Shown here piece after piece: positions 11,985-23,171 of a DNA stretch of 64,000 nt. Source of the DNA: a virus; IMG/VR virus record IMGVR_UViG_3300045988_012220, positions 38,228 to 102,227 of that record; one strand, written 5' to 3'. The notes beneath the pieces are model-generated. The model worked only from the letters and a program-made list of their open reading frames with translations. It had not been told where the DNA came from and searched no databases. The translations under genes and the position numbers were made by a program. Position 1 is the stretch's first letter; every line of letters starts with the position of its first letter.

Positions 11985-12739
11985 CGCAAGAACAAACTAG
12001 AAAGCTTGGTATCGAGTTTGAAAGAAGGATAACAGAAATGTATCCACAGTTCGCAATACAAGACAAACTTGATACCGATACAATATATTCTTTTTTAAGT
12101 GAGTATCAATCCTAGTACGTCAAGACTTTATATGTAGCTGAAGGCTAGACACAAAGTGGTACTAGGCAAGATAATAAAATTCACGACATACTGTCTAATC
12201 TTATTAGGCACGAAGATATCAAACCTTCAAATGAAGTAGATAACTGCTAGTTGGAGTTTAATCTACCTGCAGATTATTCAATGTATATTACTTCATACAG
12301 TGTCGTAGATAGAACTTACAAAAGTAATAAAACCTTAAGTACGCCATTATATCTTGATAACGTAAATATTAAGCAGGATTTGGCTGTTAGGTTTTTAGAT
12401 GTAGCCTATAATCAGAAAGGAGTTCTGTAGAAGCCATTGGTAGTATTAGACTAGAATAATCAAAATACCACAATTAGACTTATACATGATACCTATACGC
12501 ATGTATAGAACATAAACCTTACATACTATTGTTACCCATACGCATTCAATGTGATGAAGTTTAACGACTAGGATAAATCAACTGGAGCTGTACATAGTTA
12601 TTGCGAACTGCCTTATGGCTGTTTTGAAGATATTGTTTCTGGAGCTGTAGACATGTACATAACTTAGTATAAGTTCAGATTACAATTAGGTAGTAAACAA
12701 CAATAGTAGAAACCACAACAAGAATAGGAGGATAAGTAA
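11981..12739 (+). CDS. structural-module protein, unknown function (252 aa)
   Basis: ATG 11981, TAA 12737-12739. There are 11 in-frame TAGs and no in-frame TAA/TGA (checked). No ORF of 60 aa or more was reported here because of TAG density. Confidence 0.75.
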
Positions 12740-13434
12740 TGATATATATAGACATATTGGTAAGTCTCGAAAGAGAAATTAATAAGTTTGACGACCCAGT
12801 ACAGAAGCCTTCTACAGATGAATCTTTATTCTGGCTTAATTAGGCTGTAGCCAAGTTTGTTAAAACTAGGTTTAATGGAGATATCGTTCACGGTACATCA
12901 TACGAATAGAATGAGAAGCGTAGAAGCGATTTAATTAAGCTGTATCAAACAATTAACTATCAAAGTGATAATATGTAGGTAGATGAGTCAGAACCGTCTT
13001 ACACTTCATATTACGCGCAATATCCTAGCGATTTTATGTTCGCTCTTAACGAAGATGTTGTTATATCTGATTTGCAAAACCACAATAAGATTAACACGTG
13101 TATGTTTGAGTGTACGCAGGATAGTTTTATGTATAGAATCAACAATAGTTTAACAGATTTCCATTATAGATATCACAGAGCTAGACCATTAAGAATTCGT
13201 GTTAATGATGGATGTAAGCTATTGACTGATAAGCAGTACAAAATATATAAGTATTCTTTAGGTTATTTGCGCAAGCCTAAAGAGATAACCCTCGAAAAAC
13301 CATATGATGAGTACAATGATTTCGAGGATATTATAATGCCTGAGATAATCAAAATAGCAGCACAGATGTATCTTGAAAACAAGAAAGATGAAAGATACAA
13401 AACTATTACTCAGGAAGTTAGTACTCAAGAATAA
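12739..13434 (+). CDS. structural-module protein, unknown function (231 aa)
   Basis: The ATG at 12739 overlaps the previous TAA (TAATG). There are 3 in-frame TAGs. It extends track ORF 13036-13434 upstream. An aggagg lies 7 nt upstream of the start. Confidence 0.75.
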
Positions 13435-13517
13435 GATAAGAATAATTTTAACGTGGAAAGCCCAGCTGGTTAGGTCCAGTATAATTAATTAGGGTGAGTA
13501 GAAAAAATTAATATATT

Positions 13518-14642
13518 ATGATTACATATGTAAATACCGTATTGGTATCAAATAATGGTGGTGATACACTCGCTACAAAGGAAGAGCTTGCAGGCAAGCA
13601 GAAGAAGGGTGATCTCAAAGAGTTGGTTGGTAAGCTCGTATTTATGAATTGCGACCCAGCTGCTCAGGATGGTTCAAACATTGAGGATATTTATGCAGTT
13701 GATGAGAACTGTGATAGATTTAAGATTGGCGTTGTAACTAGTGATAGTTTCCAGAAGGCTGATAAGATGGGTAATGTAACATATATTCCTGTTGTTAAGT
13801 GGTCAAATATTATTAACGCAGCAGACATTAAGTCTATTACAAAGCTCGACTACAAGGACGATACAGAGGATACAATCTCAATTGACTTCTCTACAATTCC
13901 TGCAGAGACTTTAGATATCCTTTCAGCAGGTGGTTGCCCTGTAGTACTTCGTCTTACTTTTAAGGATATGCCTATGCGCTATCGTAAGTGGACTGAGTCT
14001 TATAGCTACGTAACAATGCCTGGTGATGGTATTCAGAAGATTATGCAGGGTCTTGTTAAGGATATTGTACGTGCTTCAAAGCGTCAGCGTGTATACGCAA
14101 AGATCGATGGTACTAAGCTCGTTCTTGAGGCAATGAAGTACGATGATGATGAGCAGGCTGTAACAGAGAATGTTTATGCAAAGGTTCGCTTTGATGCAAA
14201 TGCTTATTGGATGAATCCACAGGCTCCAGGTTGGGCAGCTAATAACAAGTATGATCTTGGTGTTAAGTTTGTTAAGCAGGAAGGTGTAACTTATCCTGCA
14301 TCAGCAAAGCTTGTACGTGATCGCGAGCGTTCAGCATTTGATTATCAGGGTGTACTTCATCGTTGCTGCTGGTATGATCCACAGCCTAACATGGTTACAA
14401 ATATTGACAACCATTACGGGGGTATTACTATCGAGTTCGAGAACCAGTATCATACAGCTGATGATCTCTGGCGTAGAACAAAGCAGACAGTAGAAATTTA
14501 TGCTTCTGACAACGGCACAGAAATTGGTGCCGCAGAGATTGGCAATGGCCTCTTGGCTAAATTGGGCAAGATGGTTGCTAATCGTCAGAACATCGCTAAC
14601 CCAGTTAGCAATTCAACTGCGTACGACGGTACAAAGTATTAA
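13518..14642 (+). CDS. abundant-looking structural protein, unknown function (374 aa)
   Basis: An uninterrupted ORF with no TAG, followed by a strong intrinsic terminator. The TAG-free status plus its own terminator suggest high expression. Confidence 0.8.
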   Translation: MITYVNTVLVSNNGGDTLATKEELAGKQKKGDLKELVGKLVFMNCDPAAQDGSNIEDIYAVDENCDRFKIGVVTSDSFQKADKMGNVTYIPVVKWSNIINAADIKSITKLDYKDDTEDTISIDFSTIPAETLDILSAGGCPVVLRLTFKDMPMRYRKWTESYSYVTMPGDGIQKIMQGLVKDIVRASKRQRVYAKIDGTKLVLEAMKYDDDEQAVTENVYAKVRFDANAYWMNPQAPGWAANNKYDLGVKFVKQEGVTYPASAKLVRDRERSAFDYQGVLHRCCWYDPQPNMVTNIDNHYGGITIEFENQYHTADDLWRRTKQTVEIYASDNGTEIGAAEIGNGLLAKLGKMVANRQNIANPVSNSTAYDGTKY

Positions 14643-14650
14643 TTTAAATA

Positions 14651-14690
14651 CCGGGGTGGGGTTCTTACCCTATCTCGGTTTTTTGTTTTT
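14651..14690 (+). terminator. intrinsic terminator
   Basis: An 11-bp stem (ccggggtgggg / ccctatctcgg, including 3 G-U pairs) with a 6-nt loop is followed by tttttttgttttt. It starts 9 nt after the stop of 13518-14642. Confidence 0.7.
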
Positions 14691-14704
14691 AAACATATTA
14701 TAAT

Positions 14705-16057
14705 ATGCAAAAGATTAGAATTGGAAACGATATTAGATTAAATCTAACTCTTCGTGGTCCTAGAACATACGATTAGGCTAGTATTAAGAAATTAGCTTGT
14801 TATTTGATAAACACATCTGTAGCTGACTTTTATACCGGCGAGACATGCTGCAATGATCCACATATGTATGGTCATCCTTGCTTTAATAGATGTGGCTGTC
14901 CTTCATATCATGTAGAGCCATGTTGTGGTAGACCATATCATCATGATTGCAGATTGAGTGGTAGAGGATGTAATCCTTGTGCAGGAGCTCCTTGTATGCC
15001 ACCTGCTTATTGTAAGCCATTTGATAGGGTGCTTGCTGGTTATGACGATAAGTTCTGTTATACAGCATACTCTAAGGTTCTTCCTAAGGCTAACAGTATT
15101 CAGTGCTATTTCCCTGCTAAAGATCAGCTTTTCTGCGGTGTATACAAGCTTGTAGTTGTAGCTGAGATGTATGAACCAGGTTGGGGTAAGACAGATCTTC
15201 ATACATACACAATGGATTATGGTGAGGTACTTATGCTTGTAAATGACAATACTGGAGCAAGTGGCGATATTACTCTTGATGTAGATAAGGATGATATTCT
15301 TAATAAGAATATTATTGACATAAGAGTAAAGACTCACGACTTGTATTTGTATGGTGGTAATCAGATTAGACTTGGCGAGCAGGATAAAAAAGACCATTAT
15401 TATATCATAGAGGTAGAGCTTGAAAATGGTTCTGTACTCGAATACACTCCTGGTAATTGGCCTTACGAGAAACTTCAGTTTGTTGCTACAAAGTCTAGTG
15501 TTATATCAATCGAGGAAGAGACTGGTATAATTAGAGCTATTAATCAGGAGAACACAAACAGTACTTACGTAACTGTAAAAGCTAAGAACAATGATATTAC
15601 AACTGGATTTAATGTAACTGTAGTTGGTGGAGACTATGATTATATTGGTTATCTCCCAGTTAGACCATTTGCAGCTAATGTAGAGGATGATACAGAAGTT
15701 GGCTTCAACAGAACAGATCAGTCATACGAAGACAAGAGTTAGGAGCATTATACAGCTATAGGCGTAGAGTCTGTTAATACAGACGATCTTAAGAGAGTTG
15801 ACGATCTTACAAAACCAGTACAGGTAGAGAACACAAAAGATGGCCAGTACCTTTGGATTGTTACACGTAGACCTATTGCTTACGCTGCAAACATTACAGA
15901 CAATGGTACAACTGATCTTAACTCAGCTATATATGTACCTCTTACAAAGTATCAGCAGAAGCTGAATGATAGTAAGTACTATTATTGCTGCCCTAACCCA
16001 ATGAGCGCCAATACTAAGTCTGGTGGCGATATTTTCTATATTAAACTTGAAGCTTAA
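14705..16057 (+). CDS. structural protein with Cys/His-rich N-terminal module and Ig-like region (450 aa)
   Basis: ATG 14705, TAA 16055-16057, 2 in-frame TAGs. It extends track ORF 14804-15742 at both ends. The segment CCNDPHMYGHPCFNRCGCPSYHVEPCCGRPYHHDCRLSGRGCNPCAGAPCMPPAYC is Cys/His-rich. A Big_2-like stretch reads ISIEEETGIIRAINQENTNSTYVTVKAKNNDITTGFNVTVV. Confidence 0.75.
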
Positions 16058-16062
16058 TAATT

Positions 16063-17007
16063 ATGGAAGCAAAGAAAGAAGATATTAAAATATACGGTAA
16101 GCTTGTAAATGTTACCACAGAGAATGTTGTAGCTGATGCTGAGCAAATCTGGGATTCTTATTACAGAAAGAACCAGACAGCTGTCAACAGATCTATGCGG
16201 GATGACTTTACAAAGTTTGCCAAGAATCCTACATTTGAATCTGCTGTATTTACAGGAGATTCTACATTCTAGGGCAACATGGCTGTAGAGAAGTCTCTTT
16301 CTGTAAAAGGTTCTTCAACATTCTAGAATTAGGCTACATTTAACGGCACTATTAGAGCTCATGGAACCCCTAATGGTTTAGTTGTAGATCATAAGATCAT
16401 TACAAACGATATTGAGGTTATGGGTACATTCCAGGCTCTTAATATTGATACAAACAATCTTGTAGTTCATAACTTGTTAAAGGTGGAGAATGGAGGTTCA
16501 TTCAGAGTTGATGGAGATACCATTCTTAATAACCTTTCAGTTAGTGGTACTCTTGATGTTCCTAATGCCACTACAGCTAAATACGGAAGCGTTAGACTTG
16601 CTACATCGCCATCAGGTCAGGCTAGTACAGACGTTCTTACAGTAGGTCTTGTAAAGAATATGTTGCAGTATATTCTTCCTGTATCATCGGAGAATAATAT
16701 ACTTATCTACAGTAATGGTAAATGGATTACATCTGCTATTGACTAGGTTATAAATAGTAATCCAACTATTAACGAACATATTAAAAGCATTACCAAGAAT
16801 ACGTCTTATACAAAACAAGAGGTATATACCAAGGATGATGTTTACAATAAGACTGAAGTTACATAGCTGTTACAAGATCTTAAAGAGTAGATCATTAGAG
16901 AGTGTAAGAGTAACTGTTTGTGGGAGGCTAGTGGAACAGAATACATTGTTCCTAAGGGTAATAAGAATATTATTGTCAAAGCTGCTTATAAAAAAGCAAC
17001 ATCTTAA
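16063..17007 (+). CDS. tail fibre-like protein (314 aa)
   Basis: ATG 16063, TAA 17005-17007, 6 in-frame TAGs, all codons checked. It joins track ORFs 16063-16272 and 16420-16746. The motif TAKYGSVRLATSPSGQASTDVLTVGLVKNML resembles a motif common near the N-termini of phage fibres. Confidence 0.6.
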
Positions 17008-17021
17008 TAAAGGAGGTATTT

Positions 17022-18842
17022 ATGGAAGAATCAAGTTATAAACATAATTATGAATACCTCTCTATTGAAGAGGCCAAGTCTATTGTAAACGGAACTTTTG
17101 TACAGGGCACAACAAATATCGGAGGAGAGCTTGTTACTAAATCCGATATTAACAAACTGCTTACTACTGCTGATAAAAAATTAACATCTATAGTTCCTTC
17201 TACTGTTACAGATAATGAGTTCGTATGCTTCTTTGAATGTATTAGCAACGAATAGTTTCCAGATGATGTGGCACACAGATGGATATAGGTTTCTCCAATA
17301 CAGTTTACATTCCCAGCTGATGGTGGCTCTGTAAAGATAACTGGTTCGTACGGATTGACTGGAACACTTGGTACGAGAAAAAAGGTTGGCGATATAAATG
17401 ATACTATAACTGTTGAAAAGAACACAACAACATAGACTAAATCTGGTAGTAAAACATATTATTATAATAATACTCCTGGTACAGCTCCGTCTGCTACAGT
17501 AACTTGGACTCAGGATGCACGTAGCGTGATAGCTCCAACTAGCGTTCATGTTACAAATATTATTCTTCAGGTTGGTTAGAACTAGCAGATACAATATGAA
17601 GTAACTCCATCTAATGCCGATGTTGATACATGCATATATGAAGTAACAAGTGGTTCAGACTATATTCATATAACAGATGGTGTAGTTTATGCTGATGCTG
17701 TTGGAAAGGCAGATTGCAAAATAACTATAAATGGAACAATTGAATCTACATTTTAGGTAAACGTAATTAACGGTAATGTAGAAAGACATAATGGAGATGT
17801 ATTTATTGTACAAACTCCTGGTGGTGGTGGTACTGTGCTTGTTGATTTTCATTCTCCAGAATATTGTGTAAATCCATATACATATTCGCCTCAAAGTAGT
17901 AATTATATGGTATATGATAGTTTTTTTATTTCGGGCATTGATCATGGTGTATTCCATACAAAGTAGAATAGTATTATAGATATTGACCAAATACGCAAAA
18001 CATACAAATATATAAAAGATAGACCTTCATTAATAAAAGGTAAAACTATAGAGCAAGCATGTTCTATTAATGGTGGCCATTATGTATATATTTATCTGTA
18101 CGCTGATTCGTGGTGGCTTGGTAAAATTAATACTGTACAAACTTTAAAATGTAGAGGTTATAAAAAATCTAGCAATTCTAGTATATCACTTGATGGCAAT
18201 TGGCTAAAATTAAACGGATATACAGCTACTGGCGATATTAAAGATATAAATTATTTAGTATACGGAACAAATATTGATTTTTTAACTTATAGTAATGTTA
18301 GCTATTCACCAACTTATGCTGACTCGAATCGTAATATTATATGTGATTATTTTAGTAAATGTGGAACATTATATTCTTATCTATTGATAGATTTAGATTC
18401 TGATGACAAGATATCTGCGTTTGATTTTATATCGACTGATAACGGTTATATTGAAAAAGGATATAATGTAAATAAAAACGATTGGGACAATATTAAAGAA
18501 ATGACAGTTGATTATACTTAGAATAGTTTAGATACAACAGGAGATTATATAAAATTGAATATCACTATAAATAAAATAAACAATTCTACAGATATATCTA
18601 ACTTAAGAGGTAATATGGTAGCATGGTGTTTTTCCGATGGATAGAGTAACGCAAAAGCAGCATTTTACGGAACGGATTCCAATGGAGCATTCTTTAATAT
18701 CACAGACGAATAGACACTTCCTTATACTACTCAAATAAATATACCTAAAAAAGATTTTAATAAAGTTTAGCTATATTTATCAGCTCTCAATACAAATGAT
18801 TCTTTAATTTATAGGTCAGCTCCTATAGAAATTACATTATAA
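17022..18842 (+). CDS. tail fibre / receptor-binding candidate with Big_2-like Ig domain (606 aa)
   Basis: ATG 17022 is preceded by aaggaggt. TAA 18840-18842, 11 in-frame TAGs, no in-frame TAA/TGA (checked). The Ig-like stretch reads VHVTNIILQVGQNQQIQYEVTPSNADVDTCIYEVTSGSDYIHITDGVVYADAVGKADCKITINGT. The C-terminal half is visibly more AT-rich. Confidence 0.6.
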
Positions 18843-19096
18843 TGGAAGTACTTAGTAAAACTGGACTAGATACGCTCTGGTCTAAAATAAAAGCTAAATT
18901 TGCTCTAATATCCGATCTCAATGCATTAACAACAAGGGTTTCTACCTTGGAGGCGTCATTAAAATCTTTAACAAAAACAGTTAATAATCTTCCTACAGCA
19001 GTAACTAATGATTAGAAGTATCTTCGTAAAGACCAAGATGATTCTACAAGTTATAATATAACAGCAAAAGGTGTTTATAAAGCTAAAACAGCATGA
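18842..19096 (+). CDS. small coiled-coil protein (84 aa)
   Basis: The ATG at 18842 overlaps the previous TAA. TGA 19094-19096, 1 in-frame TAG. The stop overlaps the next start (ATGA). Confidence 0.6.
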
Positions 19097-19539
19097 AGTT
19101 AACATTAAAGAGAATAGCTTTAAAACCAACATATACAATTGGTAAGCTATACATAGACGATAATTATTTCTGTGATACATTGGAGGATACCGTAAGAGAC
19201 ATTAATAAAGACGGTAAGTTTGATAACGGAGAGAAAAAGATTAAAGGTAAAACTGCTATTCCGTACGGTACGTACGAGATAACAACAAATGTTGTTAGTC
19301 AGAGATTTAAAAATAGGGTATGGGCGAAGCCATACGGTGGCAAAATACCAAGATTAATAAATGTACCATCGTTTGATGGTGTACTTTTGCATCCAGGATC
19401 GTCATCCGCAGACACAAGCGGTTGCCTTCTTGTTGGGAAAAATACTATAGTTGGTAGATTAACCGACTCGTAGAAAACGTTTCACATGTTAATGCAAAAG
19501 ATAAAAGATTAGAAGAATTTAATTATAGAAATAATTTAA
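19093..19539 (+). CDS. small cell-wall-enzyme-like protein with H..SGC motif (148 aa)
   Basis: It extends track ORF 19093-19473 through 2 TAGs to TAA 19537-19539. LHPGSSSADTSGCLLVGKN resembles the His...Ser-x-Gly-Cys catalytic motif of YkuD-type L,D-transpeptidase folds. Overall it resembles small DUF5675-type phage proteins (recollection). Confidence 0.5.
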
Positions 19540-19541
19540 TT

Positions 19542-20345
19542 ATGGAAAGCGGAGAAAAACTAGAAGAATGGAGAAAAAGAAAATCCTTATCCGACTTAAT
19601 AAATAACAACAAATATCTATTTAACTCTTGGAGAGCTTTTAGATATACACAAAAAGGTAAAAGCATAGGTAATGATCCTTCGTGGAATTCATTTTAGAAT
19701 TTTTATAACGATATGCATGATAGTTATAAACCTGGTTTACAATTATCTAGATTAGATAAAACTAAGTGGTTTTGTAAAGACAATTGCACATGGTTAACTA
19801 GCGAAGAGAATAACCTGCTGAAAGGAAATTATATACGCATTAAATATAACGGAAAGTCTTTAACATTTAAAGAGTGGTCTGCAGAAATAGGTGTTCGCGC
19901 CAGTGCTATAAAAAACAGATATTTTAAACACAAAGATTGGTGTGTAAAAGATATTTTGTATGGCAAACGTAGCAAAAGAGGCGGCAAAAATGTTAAAGAT
20001 TGGAGGGTGTCGTCTATGACAATTCGACAGAAGGCGTCTAAAATGATTTCTGCGTATAAACACAGAGATATGTATAATGGCCTTACAGTGTGTGATATAG
20101 ATATAGATTGGATGATTGAAAACATTATTAAAAAGCCGTGTGTCTATTGTGGCGACACTCACCGTGTAGGTTGTGATAGGATTGATAATCATTTTGGGCA
20201 CACAAAAGATAATGTTGTTCCGTGTTGTTACGAATGCAATTGTGCTAGAAATAATAATTTCACGCATGAAGAAATGCTTATTCTTGGTAAAGCTATAAAA
20301 TAGATTAAAGAGCAACGTGAGCAAAATAACAGGAACATGGCGTGA
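19542..20345 (+). CDS. free-standing HNH homing endonuclease (267 aa)
   Basis: ATG 19542, TGA 20343-20345, 2 in-frame TAGs. The HNH signature reads CVYCGDTHRVGCDRIDNHFGHTKDNVVPCCYECNCARNN. The gene is AT-rich and is followed by 213 nt of non-coding sequence. Confidence 0.8.
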
Positions 20346-20557
20346 GAAAATTTAGTATACAACCGCATGTCTCGCGTTTTTAAGCGGTTAGGCTCTAACT
20401 TGGATATAGTATTTACAATAGGGCGAAATCTCCACAGGAGTACTAGGGTTTGTAGCCCAAACATTAGTTTATTCTGCTAGTATCTATGGAGTATCTATTT
20501 ATATACAAGGCAAGTTTGGAGAAATGAGAACATATTTAAAAGAATATTTAACAAACA

Positions 20558-21208
20558 ATGAAGCAGCTAATTCAAACAATAAAGAAGAACTACAAGCTGC
20601 TGCTTAACGCTGTTTTAGGGCTTCTGATGGCCTTTTGTTTAGCGTCTGGTATATTCTACCACAACAAAGCTAATAGGCTCTCAGAAGAGCTTAAAATGGC
20701 TAATAACAACATCGAAGCCTATTAGGATGCCTTATATGGTGCCTAGTAGGCTTCTGGTGTTTTAAGACTAGATGCAAATAAGCTGTCAGAATATAATGAT
20801 AAGCTTGTATAGTAGATAGACTCTATTAGGAAGATACAGAAAGTCAAAAAGAACGAAATATAGGTAGCAGCAACTCAAAAGTAGATATTAAACGTTAATA
20901 AAAGTAATGGGGTAGGGGGTGATATTATAACAATTATTAAAGACTCTACTTATAAAGATAGTCTATAGTACAACCCTCTAACTAAAGTATACTATACAAT
21001 CGGTAAAGATAGTGTTAATATTAAGCTTGATGTATAGAATACATAGTACCTCTATATTTATAAGCATAGAGAATATAAGAATAAAAAGAACTTCTTTAAG
21101 AGACTTATAACATTTGATTGGAAAAAGAAAGATGTATATAAATACAAGATACATAATACAAACGATTTACTTAAAGAAGATAGTATTAAAATAATAGAAG
21201 CGATATGA
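20558..21208 (+). CDS. membrane-anchored coiled-coil protein, lysis/spanin-like candidate (216 aa)
   Basis: ATG 20558, TGA 21206-21208, 10 in-frame TAGs (checked). It has an N-terminal transmembrane segment LLLNAVLGLLMAFCLASGIFY followed by coiled-coil heptads. Confidence 0.55.
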
Positions 21209-21891
21209 ATTACTTTTCACTTAGAACATTAATAGATGATATTCTTCTTATTGTCCGCAATAACAACATAAGTGAAAGTGAGGATCTTTCAAGGGATTAG
21301 ATAGCGTCTTGGATAATACAGTATAAGACTTATCTACAAAAGAAGAAAGAGGATCAAGATAAAGAAAACGACGAAGACGAACCAGATGATTCACTGTAGT
21401 CGACTGTTGGTCCTATTGAATTAATTGTAGATAAAACAGAAAAGAATATAGACTGTGAAGATTGTTGCTGTGATATAATCAAGCGTACAAAAGATCAAAT
21501 ACATACAGTAAACAAGAGTACTGACGACATAGTTAGTGTATGTGATAAGAATGGTTGTGTTATACAGTATATGCATAAGCTTAGAAAGCATTATCATAAC
21601 TTTAGAAGATACACTTATGCAGAACCTGTATGCTGGTTTGATGACGGTTATATTTATGTAGAAGGAGATGTTGATTCAATAAACTCTGTATACATTACAG
21701 GATATATAGACGAATCTAAAACTGCTAATACAGAAGACGATATAACAATACCAGGTTGGATGATCCCTGACATAAAGAAAGCTATACTTACAAATGAGCT
21801 TGCGTTTATGATTAAGAGACCTAGTGATGATAGTAATAATTCAACATTAGCTAGTGTAAAACCAAATGGTCCTCAAGATAAGGAAGAATAA
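21205..21891 (+). CDS. structural-module protein, unknown function (228 aa)
   Basis: The ATG at 21205 overlaps the previous TGA (ATGA). There are 2 in-frame TAGs. It extends track ORF 21571-21891. Confidence 0.75.
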
Positions 21892-22333
21892 AAAGAGTTA
21901 TACGATCTCAGATATATATAGAGCGTATAATAAAATCAATGAGAACGTGCCATATTTGCGATATAAGCGCATATTGGACGAGTTTAATAAAGTTGTAAAG
22001 GATGAGATTTTAGAGCGCTCACAGCTGTTTAAAATGCCTTATGGGCTTGGTAGTATATGTATAGTAAAATACAAGCCAAAGTCATATACACCTAAATCAT
22101 TATCTGTAGATTACAAAACGTCTAGAGAAGAAGGTAAAAAGATATACCACTTAAACGAGCACTCTAATGGATACAAATACAGATTATACTGGACAAAGAT
22201 ACCTAGAACGTTTCCAAAAAGATATATGTATCAGATACAGTTTGTAAGAGATAACAAAAGGCATCTAGCACAACTTATATTCAATAAACAAGATTATATA
22301 AACATAAATGATATTCAAGTATACAAAATGTGA
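21866..22333 (+). CDS. hypothetical protein (155 aa)
   Basis: An uninterrupted ORF without TAG. It overlaps both neighbours by 26 nt and is basic. Confidence 0.6.
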   Translation: MVLKIRKNKKSYTISDIYRAYNKINENVPYLRYKRILDEFNKVVKDEILERSQLFKMPYGLGSICIVKYKPKSYTPKSLSVDYKTSREEGKKIYHLNEHSNGYKYRLYWTKIPRTFPKRYMYQIQFVRDNKRHLAQLIFNKQDYININDIQVYKM

Positions 22334-23171
22334 ATCTGTTATAGCCAAGATAATGGCTGATGCAGATATGTCGGAAAAGAATATTCGGGTCACAGATATA
22401 CGTGAATGGATATTCGAAGCTGTTGAAAAGATAGGTGCACCAGTATAGTATGTATAGAAGGAATCCGGAGATGATTGTGTTCCTGTATTTGAGATACATG
22501 AAAATCAAATACCTATACCAGATGATCTAGAATCTCTTACATCTGTAGCGTACTCATTAGATGGTACGAATTGGATGTAGGCAAGAAAGGATGAAAGTTC
22601 GTTTAAGCTAAAAGCAAACGCTCATAAGAATCCTAGCTATGATCCACAATAGCCACTTAGATAGCCTTTGATAACACATAGATCTTAGTTGCTAGGTATT
22701 AATGGTTCAACAGCTGTACTAAACGTATTAAACAACAAAAATATTAATGAGCCAACATATTGGATTAAACCTGGCTGGATAGTATTTAACAAAGATAAGG
22801 GCTTTGTAAAGCTTTCGTATAAAGCAATTGCTACCGACGAAAGAGGTTATCCTCTTATCCCTGATTTAGCCTCATATCAAGAAGCAATATACTGGTATGT
22901 AATGATGAAGCTTAGTTTTCCTAAGTTCTTAAAAGGATAGCTTGGCGGTAAAGTAAGATTTAGCTAGAATACTTATTTTTACATACAGCAGCAATGGAAC
23001 TTCTACAGAAATCAGGCATATGCAGAAGCAATGATGCCTAATGAAAGTGAGATGTCTTCAATAAAGAACGAATGGACAAAGCTTATTCCAGATTGGGATT
23101 CTGATGACACGCTGTTTAATAACGTTGGAAAGAGATAGTTAAACTTTAATGATTACTGCTATGGCTACTGA
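22308..23171 (+). CDS. structural-module protein, unknown function (287 aa)
   Basis: ATG 22308, TGA 23169-23171, 9 in-frame TAGs (checked). It extends track ORF 22689-22940. Confidence 0.7.

Noticed and set aside
20387-20411. A suppressor-like loop ctctaac (20393-20399) and a gatatagta motif (20403-20411) resembling the intron core. Together they suggested a tRNA, or that the HNH gene sits inside a third group I intron.
   Set aside because: ctctaac is half of a gttag-gct-ctaac mini-hairpin, not a 7-nt loop closed by a 5-bp stem, and there is no T arm nearby. The flanking genes (19093-19539 and 20558-21208) are complete, and the other shared intron blocks are absent.
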